Below are positions 50,863 through 63,595 of a DNA stretch of 64,000 bases, piece after piece. Position numbers and translations under genes: made by a program. Origin of the DNA: Utricularia gibba (Eukaryota > Plantae > Magnoliophyta); contig NEEC01000024.1 of NCBI GenBank assembly GCA_002189035.1, positions 682,001 to 746,000 of the forward strand, given 5' to 3'. Positions within the stretch are counted from its first letter, which is position 1. Each line of letters begins with the position of its first letter. A model generated the notes under the pieces. That model saw nothing but the letters and a program-made list of their open reading frames with translations. It made no database searches and was not told where the DNA came from.

Positions 50863-52855
50863 TACTTCGCACCGACACCTTCAAAGTCCCTCCTGTAGCT
50901 CACTTACTGGAAACAACGCATGTAAATCAATGAAAAGAGATAGCATTGACTGGGAAACACTGCGTCGCGATGCCCATTTGAAGAAACAGAGAAAGAATCA
51001 ATGAGCCACCGGTTTATCTCATCGTCTCTTCTTAAGCGCAATCTTCATATCGGACAATTAGCGGAAAAGGACGTTTCACGGACTCCGAATGACAGCAAAA
51101 TGATTTATTGCATTTGGTGAAGTGAACGTCGGTTTTGGAATCCAGATAGCTACCGCATTTTCAGTAGCTGATTTCTGTTTCCTTTTCCCACCCGATCCCT
51201 TGAGAAAGACCCTGTTACCACACCATGGATCCTCTTCTCTTCACTCGGTGAAGAACGTGACCCAAACCGAGAGAAGAGGAGCAGAAAAAAGGGAGAAGAG
51301 CGAGAAGGGGGAGCTTGAGCATTAACTACGAAATAGAAGCAGTAGTACAAGAGAGACAGCTAAGCAAGGTTAATGCATTTGTTGATGCAGTAAAATTCAG
51401 GGACGAAAACTACAGCGCTTCTCAAGCGGACCCAGTTGTCGGCGGTGGTCACCCGCTCGACGATGAAAAAAAAGAAGAAATCTTTGTTCCAAGGACAGCG
51501 AAACGCGTCCAATGAAATCACCCTGAAGCATCCCCTGGTCCGTAAAGATAGAAAGCTGTGGCCTGTGGATCATTTAAACATTTATTTTGGATGGTAACTT
51601 AAATTTTACTTTCACCCTCCATACCATACCATTTACTCTCCCATCTCAGCTTCCCTGACAACAGTGCGGTTCTGCAAAAAGCAGAGCCATGTGAACTGGT
51701 AGCGAGTGTTCCGTTCAGCTATTAACAGCAACCATCTGCCCTGCCCACTTTTTAATGCTGCTTCAACCAACATAAAAGTCACACGATGCAATTCTGAATT
51801 CTCAACCAGCAAGACCCAATTTTTTAATTCAGAAATCATGTGGCGACAGAGGATCCAGAGAACCCACATGCCCAGCGATGGTCCCTTTATTCATTTTAAC
51901 GCTTTTCAATGAAGGCGTTTCACCGTTCAATAATTGAGCAGGCGTATGCTTTATTCCGTCGGTGGAAGGTAAAATGTGAGAGAGGCTGGGCCTGGATGGG
52001 ATGGGATGAAGGCGCGGTCGGTAAGCGCAGCCGACAGACGCCAGCGGGATCAAGGGCTGCCGACCGAGCACGTGGCATCGGGCAGTGAGGTTGTTGGAGC
52101 CCAAGGGCGAAGGGGCGTCGTGGTCATGAGGTAGCTAGCAGCTGTCTGGGGCCCCTTCCCTTTCCTTTCCCTGTTTAGCAGTAAGCAGAAGGAGGATGGA
52201 TAATTAGCGCTAAGCTGCGGAAAGGTGGTCCGAGGTCAGCATCAACATAATTGAAGTGGTTATAACGCAGCCTTGTCAACAGCCTCAGCTTTTCCCCATG
52301 CGTAGAGAGGAGAGGAAGAGGAGGGAGGAGGGGACTCCCTCCCCCCCCCCCCCCTAAACCCAGCAAATACCAAGATGGATGTAGTAATGGCTATGGCCGT
52401 GGGGGAGGGGGTGAAGATGGAGATGGAGTTAGGTGAGACGTTAATTCGGTTGATGCGTCCACGTGTGCACCACCCACCCCACCTCTCCCCTCTCCAAATT
52501 TATTTAAACAATATTTTATGGGCTTGGGCCATGTGAAAGATTGGCATTATTCAGACACAATAATAATTCGCCCAGCCGCATCGCAAAACACACACACAAA
52601 TGGGCATTAAAAAAAGTGCTCCCCCATGTGCTCTGCAACCGCTCCACTCGGCAGGCTCCCATTGGTCGTCCCCGCCGCCCCGACCCGACCCATTTCCTTG
52701 GCGTGTGATGGGATGGGAAGCGGAAGGAAGCCAACGATACGAATCCTAATCCTAGTCCTTCTAAACCCCGGGGGATCCAGTGGAGTGAGAGGGAGGCACA
52801 ACAAAAACAAACAGCTTCTGGTGAATGAATGGGATGGGACACAGCGCAGCTCAGC

Positions 52856-54675
52856 TCAGCCGTCGCTTGTCAGGGTAAAAGCGAGTAGCACCACGACAAC
52901 AGCGAAGAAAACGGTTGCGCAGGGAAACACCCACATCCCGCGGCCTCCTTCGGGCTTACCACCGACACTGCTCTCGGTGGTTTCCAGCTCACCCAGAAGT
53001 TCCCTCACTTTGTCCATGTCCGAATCCTTGGCAGCTTGTAGCAGTCTGCTGTGGACTTTCTCAAGCTGCTCTTTGGAGTTGCCTTTCATGGGCCAAAACA
53101 ATGCCGTCGTCTTCCACAACAAGATCCCCATGCAAATCGCCACGACGCAATCCACGCTGTAATGGTGGCGCTCCCTGATCTCTCTCTGTGCGCTATGCAT
53201 CACTAGCAACCAGATGATAGCTGAACTGAATCCTCCGTACGCTTCCTACACCAAGCCAAGGAGGCGCAACGTGTAATAAATAAATATTTTAGTAAGCCCC
53301 AAAATCACTTGCGTTCCAGGAACCCGGAGTGGCATACCGTCCACGCCATGGCAGTCAAGACAGCAACAAGCATATGGCCACTGTAAAGCAGGTCGTTGCA
53401 CCCTCCTCCCGCTTTTTTCAAAAGGCTGTACCACGAGGAAGACCCTTCGTAAGCTGTGGGCCGAAGGAAATCGGCAAGAAAGTTCATAAACCCCCAGTCC
53501 GGTTGGAAGTCGGCACCATGTTCGACAGGAGCAGCTGCAATATAGCAGAAACTACAGTTTAATCCTTTCTTTCGTCAAGACAGCGTTGAGGAGAGCATGA
53601 GAGAGAGGAGGAGAAGGAACCATAGGCCATGTCAACTTGGATGATCCGGCGTATAGAGTCAGAATCAGTTGCATAGGGAACATAATACTTCTGAGCCCAT
53701 CGGTGTGGGTAGGGAGGGACCCTGAACCGGGATAAAGCACACCATGGACGTGGTGATGGTAGAATAGTGGAGATGAAGGATATGGCCCGAAGAAGCCGAC
53801 CTACAGCCATGGTGAAAATATATCTTGCAGCTAGTCCCAGCCCGGGAGCCTCAACAGAGTTGAATGCCACTGAGAAGGCAAGCATGACAAATAGCATCAA
53901 GAAATGGTGCAGTCCAATAATACTAGCTCTCAGCACGCCAACAACAGCCCCTGGCAGTTGCTCATTCAGAGCAAGGAGCAACCACTGACCAGTATCTGGT
54001 AGAGGAGGGGTACCACTGCCCAAAAAACCACACCTCATTTACATATCAAAACGGAGACTGAAGAACAATTCATGTCAATGGTGATGGCATTTCAATCATG
54101 GAATCACAAAGTAGCAGATTTTAAAGGCAAGCTGCAAGGTTAAGCATTAAACCGAAGAACAAACTAAATGACTGCATCACCAGATTCCATTCCATAAAAG
54201 AAAAAAAAAAAGGCCATCTGGGAAATTATTTCCCAAACAGGATTCTGACAGTGCGTAACAAATCCATGGAATTCATAACCTATTTTAGAAGGCCGCAAGC
54301 AAAATCACTGTATCGAGGCCTCGAATTTGAATAACAAGACAACAGAAATCTTAAATCTCATGCGTACTTGTGCCAATCGAGGCCGAGAACGGCGGTGACG
54401 GAGCGAACTGAAATCGCCTCAAAGAGGAAAGCCGACAGCAAGAACAGAATCGAAAGAAGGAAAGGAATAGCGGCCCGAAACTCCAAATGCCAGTGCTTGT
54501 AGTATGGTATACGAATCACCACTAGAATCACAAGCGCCGCCCATAACGCCGGCTGGAGACGCTCGTGCCATTCCGGCGACAAGTGACGCAGGTAATCTAC
54601 ACCGACGTACGCTATCGCCGCGATTCCCAACCCACCGGACCTACCCCCACGCCGTGAAAGTGGCGCCGTCCGCAT
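52856..54675 (-). CDS. PLM: Sphingomyelin-synthase-family protein, PHLOEM UNLOADING MODULATOR-like (At1g43580-like)
   Basis: GGLGIAAIAYVGVDYLRHLSP.WH..LQPALW; PPLPDTGQWLLL; GRLLRAISF..TILPSPRPWC; GGGCNDLLYSGH; RHHYSVDC. Exon 1 is 54675-54368. Confidence 0.88.
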
Positions 54676-55082
54676 TTACGCAACTTTCACCTGAAAAAAC
54701 GCGTTCAAGCGGCACCCGGAAGCTCGGGTCGGAACTTTACCCTTTCGAGTTCTTTAGCTAATAAACTAACTGCCTCCTTGTCACCAATTTGGCATTAATT
54801 AAAGCTCCACCAAATCCAAATCCTTGCAGTAATTTATGTAGCAATTTAGCTGGACCTTCTCAAAAGAAGATGAGTGTGAATGGAAGTGGGTTAATGGAGA
54901 TAAATGCCTTCACTAGCGGTAAAGACGCCATTTACATGCATGTGATGTCAGACTCAGGGAGCAAGACTGCACCAGAAAAGAACGACCCAGTATACAAAAG
55001 CACCCAAGGAATCCCACACAGCCTGGGGGAAAAAAATGAAGGTTATATGCACAAAAGAAAAGGAAATGTTTGATGCCAAAAC

Positions 55083-58000
55083 TTATGCTCCTCCACAAGC
55101 CAAGCAGCACAATCTCCCGATCCTGGCGAAAAGCCACTCCAGGCTTCCCTCGTCTTTATCCAAAAAAGGTGATGCTCGCGGCGGCAATGGCAGCACCGGA
55201 GGCAGGTGGCGATGGAATGCATCCACGGCCGCGCCAACTCCATCTTCATTCCGGATGCATTCTGCTACTTCCATCGCTCGCGATTTCACCTGAAATCCAT
55301 CATGAATAAATACGTACGTCATGGGGGGGACCGTCGTGAGACTCGCGCACCCTGTGTTTGACGTACCTCGGGCCTGAGCATGAATCGTATTGCTTCTGAC
55401 AGAGACTCCACGCTGAGCTCGGAGATGGGTATAGGAGCAGGACCCAGTCCTTATGATGGACTCTCTCAGCCCAGAAGAACTGATCTCCAAAGAAAGGCAC
55501 CACCGTCGTGGGACACTGCATTTGGATTGCAGGGGTGAAGTTGAGAAAAAAACCAGCTTCTTTAGTGCACAGTATAATGTGGTTCTAATAGAATTACCCC
55601 TGCCCTTAGCCCCGTTGCTGTCGTTCCAGCTCCACCATGATGAACCTTCAATAGAATCAAAAAACATTACCTACCATGCGGCAGAAATGAACTTAAAGGA
55701 TCCAAGTATCCCCAGTGTCTGGTTAGACTCACTACAGCAGAACACTGAGGGAACAGCCAATCATGTGGGCAATCAACAATAAGGAAAACATTATCTGGAA
55801 TGCTCGAATCTGCAAGAAAGGAAACACGAGAAACAGATTAGGGGAAAAAAGTATGAGATGGATGCAGATGATTGTGGAGGCGAACATACTGGTCCCAAGA
55901 TCTCCCCAACCTCGATCGATTATTCCTCTTTGCCCTGTAATCTCCAAGGCGTCCAAAATGATCTGCGTTGTTCTAAGTGAATCGTCCAGGGGCTTCACCA
56001 AAATACATAGTGACAGTTCAATTCTGGGCAGAACTTTAGTTATCGATAATAAAAGCAGCATTAGATAACCACTTTCCAGCATACCATGCTTCCAAATCCG
56101 ATATATATGGGCTTATCTCCCTTTTGGATCCACTGAGCAAACTGCTCACTCGGCTGATATTTGGAACCAAGATTCAGGAAGCAGTAACCAACAACATCAA
56201 CAAGGGGGCCCCAATCTGAGAAAAAGCAGGTCAATGAAAAGATGCTAAACAAAAAGGAAACCATCAGAATGCTGACCAACCATTTGGCTTTGACACTATG
56301 CGTGGACTCCACATATAGCCTGTTGGCAGATGAGAGATGGACCCATGATACGTGCTGAAATAGGCGATAGGTGCGAGCTTCAGCCTCTTCTTCCTAAAGT
56401 CATTAATAATCCCCCTGATGCCCCACCATATCAATAAATCCACGAGCACATAGGAAAGCTGGATCAAGCAACAAACATATGAAAAAGTGCCACGATAATT
56501 CAGACCAGATGTTAGAACATGTTGGAATTATCTCATCATACCCAATATCCTGCACTTTGAGGTACTCGTGCAAGGGGGTGTGGAAATGCATACGTAGGCC
56601 TGCCATTTAGAATGTAGAGTTTTTGCTCCCAGTTAATCAACTGGTAAGGCATTGGACAAGTTCGTTAAAGGAGAGTCAAATAATCCTTACGTCCAAGGCA
56701 TAGTGAAAAAGATGTGAAGAGGAACACCAAGTGCCTCCGCCAAGTGTGTGTGTCCTAAGAACAATTAACATCCTATTAGTAGGGAAGGTGAATCTGACCA
56801 TGAATCTGGAACACTGTGATCACCGGAAACACATATCTTGAACAACATCAAAACAAGAATAGAAATTCCAGAACCAGTGTTTCAGAGATTTTGAAAGTAA
56901 GATAAAAAGGCAATAATATTATTTATTATCACCAAAGAGATGCAGCTCCTGAGGACTTACCATAAGCAGGGGGTTTGCAATGATAGCCTGAGCCCTGAAG
57001 GGATTACCAGTAGCTGGATCTGGTTCCATACAAGCCGGAAGAAGAGATTCAATAATGATCTTAACTTGCTTTCTTTGAAGAGAAAGATCCTCAGCTGAAG
57101 ATGGAACAAGACCCTTACTTCTAGTCATGCCTACAGTTTCAGAAAAAGATAGTCAAGTGTCATCACTATCATAGCAACTTTTGTTTGAAAGACCCAATGT
57201 CATGAACACTTGTTAATACGCAAGATAGCTCCTCTTACACCCAGCCAAAACACGAGGATCACCACCGAGTGGGTAAAAATCGATGCCAGCTGACTTGACG
57301 AAGCCTTGGAAGTTGGAATGAGTAGCCAGCCTAACGTGATGCCCATATTCCTGCAGCAACATATAGATCAAACATTAATATGTTCACAATATGGAGTACA
57401 AACATCCATTATCAAAATTTCATCTTAAAGTGTCGAGTAAGAAAACGGATCTTAGTCACCTGAAGTCGCATAGCAATAGCCAGGAAAGGCTGGACATCTC
57501 CTCTGGTTCCAACCACAAGGATGGCGATTTGCAGTTTGGGAACTGGTTTTTCCCTATCAACCATCAAAAAATCAAAAGGAGGGATTCCCTTCATTGAACC
57601 AAGGTCTAGTAACTCGGAAGCCACTGGAGAATCCTTTGAGAGATCAACCTCTACTGTTCCATTATTTTGAATCTTTACAAGGTTCACAATTACATTTTTC
57701 TGCACAATAAAGCATATATTCAGTTTCAATTAGATTTCCAATCCTTTCACCTCAAAGGCTTTCCAATGAAAATCAATGATAATCGCTAATTCCATAATAA
57801 AACTATAAGGTTATATTTGAATAGCAGACACAGAGCATGCCTATGGATAATGAAAGCCACTACATAAATTTTTTGAAGTTAGCCCTCTCTGAAATTACAA
57901 AGAAATGAAACAAAGCCATTTTTATGACAGCATCAAGTCAATTTAGAACATACAATACCTTCTCAACTTCGGATAGCTTGTCAAACTTCAGCGACTGCAC

Positions 58001-58665
58001 CGGGGTAATCATCTCCTCGTACATAGACTTTGAGGCTGCTGATTCTTCGCTTCCAAGAAAAAAATTTCCACTAACAGGTGCAGACATCCAGTGCTCCAAC
58101 ACTTGGGGCAATAATGAGGACAAAGGAGAAATGTAACATTTAGTAGCTATAACAATGCCGTTGGCATCTCATTATTATGAAAAATGCACGCACTTCAGAA
58201 CCAACCTCTTTCCCCTTGAGTTAATGGGCTAAAACAGGAGTCGTTTATCAAAGAAACATCCACCGGAGACAATGATTGTGATGTCCTCCAAGCATCAGGT
58301 GTAGATGGTGTATCCGGTTGCTCATAGACGAGCTTATGATCTGATGCTGTACTTGAACTCTCATCTTCCGAAGTGTCACTTCCAGGAATCAGAAGCTGAT
58401 CAATAACTATTTTATTGACTTCCATCAAAGCATCCTCCTTATATTTCTCTGGATCCATCACTTTTGGTTGAACTACCTCATCATAATCTCCACCCCTGCT
58501 TTTGGAAAGCACCAGCCCAAATTCTTCCATATCTGAACCAGCAGCTAAATGAAGCCCGTCAGTACCCCTTTCAACCAGACCTTCCTCTAATGAAGATTGA
58601 GATACTTCTGCTGCCGCTGTACGTTTGCATTCCTGAGCTTTCAATAATTCTATGTAGTGTGTCAT
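55083..58665 (-). CDS. UGT80B1: Sterol 3-beta-glucosyltransferase UGT80B1-like, multi-exon; two 1-nt deletions as assembled
   Basis: [85 protein letters not shown]. Frame breaks at 56969-56973 and ~55449-55450. Start codon uncertain. Confidence 0.9.
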
Positions 58666-59909
58666 TAACTGCAATCACACAATCAAAGAAAAAAAAAATC
58701 ATGTATCTTAGAGATCGGCACTCTGGAAACAGTCGCAGCTTCAGCAAAGCTCACCCTTTCTAACCATGAAACTCGTAGCGGAGAAGAAAGTGCTTCAAAA
58801 AAGCAAAGTTACACGTTTCTACAGAATTTGAAGACCTCAGAAAAATTCGATAAAGGAGTTAATCGAGTTCGAAGAATAATGCGAAAAACTGCTTTACAAC
58901 CTTCAAGTCATGAGATTCAAGGCACAGCTAGAAGAACCAATAAACTATTAGAGCGATGGCGAGAAGAAGTATCGAAGAATTGAGCTTTACATCAAAAATT
59001 CAAAAGGGGAAGACCGCGGCAGCCAGAAATGAAAGACATTTCTGCTACAGTAACTTGAAAGCTAAACTTCACTTCCGTCACCAAATCATAGAGATGAGAC
59101 TGAGGAAGAAGAAGGGGCGAGTCTCCTGGGCTGCAGTGCGAGATTCGATCCCCCCAAATCCCAAACTTGCTGGGCTTTTGTCAACAAATGACAAGCCGCC
59201 TTCACCGAGAATATCAGACCGACTCACAGTCAGTCCCTTGGTTACCCCGAGTAAATAGGCGTAAATTAGGCAGGGTGATCCCTATTCATGACAATGGTGT
59301 CGCTTCCATTCACTTGTTACGAAAGACAAATGTTATAGTGGGGAATGGCAAGTATGAACAGAGGTCAGAAAAGAGGAGACCCCCATCACATGAGTTGGAG
59401 GGAGCAGAGCCAGCTAAAGGATCCCCCTTGACCAGACAAGCATGTGAGTATGCGCCCGCTAAATCAAATTCCAATCATCACCCCCCTTTTGGTGCCCCCC
59501 CCTCCCCCTCCCTGATTTTACTACGAACCATATCTGTCCAACAACAATTAAAAGGAAAGGATTGTGTTCCTTTCCTTCAATAATTTAGGAATTTCTTGTT
59601 GGGTTCACAACTACTTCCTCCTCAACGTGCAGCCCGGTTGCCGTGTGTGTTCACGTCCAAATGGTGGGCCATTTCTCAACTTCGCCCACACTTGGAGTAC
59701 ACATTAGACGATCCCACCTCCTGTGCAACTGCAGACTAACAGATGGTTTATACGGATAAGCATCCCTTCAGCTAATCAGTTGTCCGCTTCTAAACCGCAC
59801 CATAAAAAGACCCACTTCTATTTTGAACTCTTGAGATGTGTGAGAAAGAAGAAGAGAGAGAGAGAGAGGATGGAGTGTAAAGATATCCAAATGTAAGCAT
59901 CAAATTTAA

Positions 59910-61338
59910 GGTCTGTTTGGTGCTTCAAAAAAATCAATTTTAGAAGTGATTCCCTGACAAAACACGCAGTGCTTCTACTTCATCTGAAGTTGGAGAAGTG
60001 AGTACTCCACTTTTTTTGAGAAGACGAGGGACCTCTGCTTCAATAAAATTTGAAGCACTTCACAAATATATATATCTATTTTATCCTTTTTTTTATTTTA
60101 AATTTCAATAAATTAACTCTCTACTCCATTTAGGGTTAAAGTCGTTGCTTCAAAATTACAACAAGGAATATCTTGACTTCTCTATTCCCACTCGAACGCA
60201 ACGTGAAAAGTAGGTGCGATTCCTCCAAATTTGGTCTCTATCTTCAAATCTCATTCGAATGAAATAGATCTTCTTCAGTTTTCGTTGTTTCATTTGCTTC
60301 ATTTGCCTACATCTTCTTTAGTTTTCATTGCATTTTTTACACTTCATTATTTCACTATTTTCTGTAGACATATGAAAGGAGGCGATAGCTCACAAGCGAG
60401 ATGGGTTGATTCTAACCTGATAGAGACCTTTATTCAAGTTTGTACGACAAAGGTTTATGCTGGAAAAAGACTGAACAGCCACTTCAACAGATTGGGATGG
60501 GAGAATGTGGTTAGAAATTTTAATTCTTTGACAAGTAAGAATCATTCTCGAGCTCAATTGAAAAACAAATGGGATAAGATGAAAAGAGCTTGGGATGTAT
60601 GGTGTTGTAGATATGCTTGATTCCTGGTGGAGTGACTACTTAAAAGTACATTATATTTGTTTCAAGATTCTATTTTTTATAATACAAATGCTTATTTTTT
60701 TTATGTTTATGCAATGTTTCATCGTAAGTGATATTATATACTTATAGGATAACAAAGCTACACGTTATTATAAGAATGCAACACCAATTTTGCTAGAAGA
60801 GCAAGAGGTAATATTTAGTGATATATTAGTCACCGGAGAATCAATGTATTATTCGATAGGTGGACAACACTCATCACCTTCTTTTGAAGATGCAAATGAC
60901 ATTCAAGATAATATTGAAGGCTATGAAGTTGCTACATAAGTTCAGAACTCTCCATATGGTTGTACTTCCACTCAACAGGGTAGTCAATCTAGCATACGAA
61001 CACCAGTGCGAAAAGCACTAGCAAGCACAAGAAAGTGTGCTAGGACAAATGATAGCAACATAATTGCTCAGGCATTGGAAAAGGTGGCAGAAGCTGTTGG
61101 ACCTTCACAGGAGCAACGTCTTGTAGACCATGAGAAGGCTGAAATAAAAACTTGTTTGGACTTTTTGAACAACTACAGTGGCATAACATTTGGTGATGAG
61201 ATATATGTACATGCCATGGCGATGTTTGCATCAAAAACCAAGCGCAATCTTTGGTTATTGGCAAAAAATGATGATGCAAGAGTAGTTTATCTCAAATATG
61301 ATTATCAAATTCATTGCCATAAAATGGGGAAGTGTTAA
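59910..61338 (+). mobile_element. PIF/Harbinger remnant: left TIR and Myb/SANT-like ORF1 pseudogene
   Basis: TAA (59907-59909) followed by GGTCTGTTTGG. ORF from ATG 60372 (ARW...GWENVVRNF...QLKNKWDKMKR, Myb_DNA-bind_3-like); internal deletion/frameshift ~60600; exon from 60748 with in-frame TAA 60937-60939; stop 61338. Right TIR not found. Confidence 0.78.
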
Positions 61339-61528
61339 GTGTCATTTTCTTACTATTTCTTAGGTTGTTTTTATGCTTAATTGTGATTAGAAATATCCAA
61401 TTAGGAGACTATAATATGAGATTTAGGTTTTTATCTAGTTTAGGGTAATTATCCTAAATCTTGTATTTTATCTATTAATTTTGCTAGTTTTAATTGAGTT
61501 TTTCTAGAGGTGCACACGTGGCAGGAAG

Positions 61529-62673
61529 TGAGAGAAAGACGACATCAGATGGTGACAAATTGGATCTTCCCGAGCTGACATTCCCTTGATTTCCGGAAAG
61601 ACTGTAGACGCCTAATCATGAACTTTGATGTGTGGAACACGAGAGTCTTTGACAGGCGACATCATTAGCATACGAGTGACGTTTGCTTGCAAGTCATCCC
61701 AAGTTCAGCAGAACCAAGGGAACACGAAACCTCAGACTCTCATTGAAGTTCAGTTCTATTCAGACGTTAGACAAGCAGTAGTTAGTTTAGTTTGTAGACT
61801 TTTGTTTCTCTCTCTAGAGAATTTTCCTCTAGCTTCTCTCTAGAACCTTGTTTTCATTTCCTTTAGTTCGTATGGCCGTTCGTGGCTAGCAACTTCTGTT
61901 TCTGGGTTGGAACACCCTCAGATCTATGTTTCGTTAGCTTATCTTCATCTCTTCTTTGAATCCGAACGGGTTTCGTATGTCTTCGCGCGACTATGCTGCA
62001 GTCTTTCTATAACAGTCCCCTTATTTAAAATTCATGGTTAGCTGATCACTACCCGGGAGTTTTGGAGAGGAGCAAGGTGGAAAGCACCAACTCATGCCCC
62101 TTTGGCAAGAGGAAGACAACGTTTTGTCTGGTGCCGTACCTCATGATCAATGGACATGTAGCGACCTCGTATCTGAACTCATGGGTCATTGGCAACACTC
62201 GGGCACACGCACGCAATTCGGCCGTGAGGGTACGCTGGCAGGACCTCTTATTCTCACGTTCGTCCAAGGAGGAGCAACATCGGACTATTCCCGTGCCTTC
62301 TCGTAAGAAAGTGTAAGGGAGGTAGACAATTCCTTACTCCTATAACCGAGTACTCGAGAAGACCAGAGAAGAGTGAAGATGCAATAAACATAGCTGGATA
62401 GGATTCCAAATCCAGGAACATTTACTTTATTTAAGGTTCATCGCTTACGTTGATTTCAGTTGTCTGTTCAAAACCCCTCTTATTCCCTTACTCAAGCTTC
62501 ATCATCAACGTTTCTCGTACCTTTTACTTCTAAAACCGTTTACAAATCGTGACAGTTGTATTCGGGGTACCTCACCTTTCACTCAAAAACAACTCCTTGT
62601 GTTAAACACCCGTACTACGTTTTTGTGTTTTACGAGTTTTAAAAATATTAAAATTTGTTGTGAAAACGCATCA
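61529..62673 (-). mobile_element. Solo LTR (family 3, 1145 bp) with TSD GGAAG
   Basis: TG at 61529 and ...AAACGCATCA at 62673; GGAAG at 61524-61528 and 62674-62678. Orientation inferred from the TGATGCG start and a TATA-like TTTAAATAAGGGG on the minus strand. Confidence 0.82.
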
Positions 62674-62879
62674 GGAAGAATGTCCCATAAAGTTGGTATT
62701 ATTTGCAAAAGTAGATTATCTTGATGTTGTCTATTTCATTTAGATTTGAGGTTGTTGTGTTGAAGACAAAATAATGAGTTGGACGTTATCATATTTTCTG
62801 AATTTTTGTTATTCTGTTTTAGCATATAAATCTAATGAGTTATAGTTCAAGAAACAAGTGAACCTAATATATGTTTGTT

Positions 62880-63414
62880 AAGGGTGAAAATCGGAGTCCG
62901 AGATGGGGCCGATTTTTGGGTGATAGGTGCAGTCGGAAATATCGCACCTTGTTATGTTTTTTTGCGATTCGTTTGATGTGATCAACGGAAATGAAGGTAG
63001 GTGGAGATTTTTATGTGTGCCGAAGGACGGAGAAACCATGGAGCTATCGAAGCTTACCGGAGAAAATCCTTATTGAATGGAGATGATGAAGAAGGGTACA
63101 GGTTTGGAGACTTAGGGTCCAACCCTTTTGTTGTTATGAGTTCTTCTATTTATAGAGGAGGCCGACCCGACCGAATCATGAGTTCTGTAGTTGTCGGCTA
63201 CCTTTCTGTACTTGTATTGTGATCTTGCTTTTCAGACAATCGCCGACCATCCTGCTATGACTCGGCTACTTTTCAGACTATGCCAATTCGCCGCTATCAG
63301 ATCTCTAACACATATCGGTTTGTCGGCCGGCATTGTCTCATCAAGACCTCACTTGGCAGCCTTTTAGAAACCGATTATCCTCAGCCAATTTGTATCCCAT
63401 CAATGTCTACATCA
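62880..63414 (-). mobile_element. LTR-like fragment (gypsy-type), no TSD
   Basis: Minus-strand TGATGTAGAC start at 63414, CTCTATAAATAG TATA (~63150) and GC-richer body against AT-rich flanks. Left end is unclear. Confidence 0.45.
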
Positions 63415-63595
63415 AAATTTAATGATTTATTTTTATGTGAATAATATACAACATATATTTCATTCTCGAATAATTACATAAATTGAAATTTTTTTAATAT
63501 TAATTTTTGTTTTATTAATCTGTTTTACAATAAAAAAACAACGTTCAACATAAACTTTGATTTATGTATTTAAATTCATGCATTGAATTATTTTA

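Noticed and set aside
52315-52420. Long C-run and G-rich tracts as G-quadruplex or telomeric remnant
   Set aside because: Simple low-complexity sequence with a single CCCTAAA-like unit and no array.
52626-53162. 178-aa plus-strand ORF
   Set aside because: Antisense to the PLM last exon and 3' UTR.
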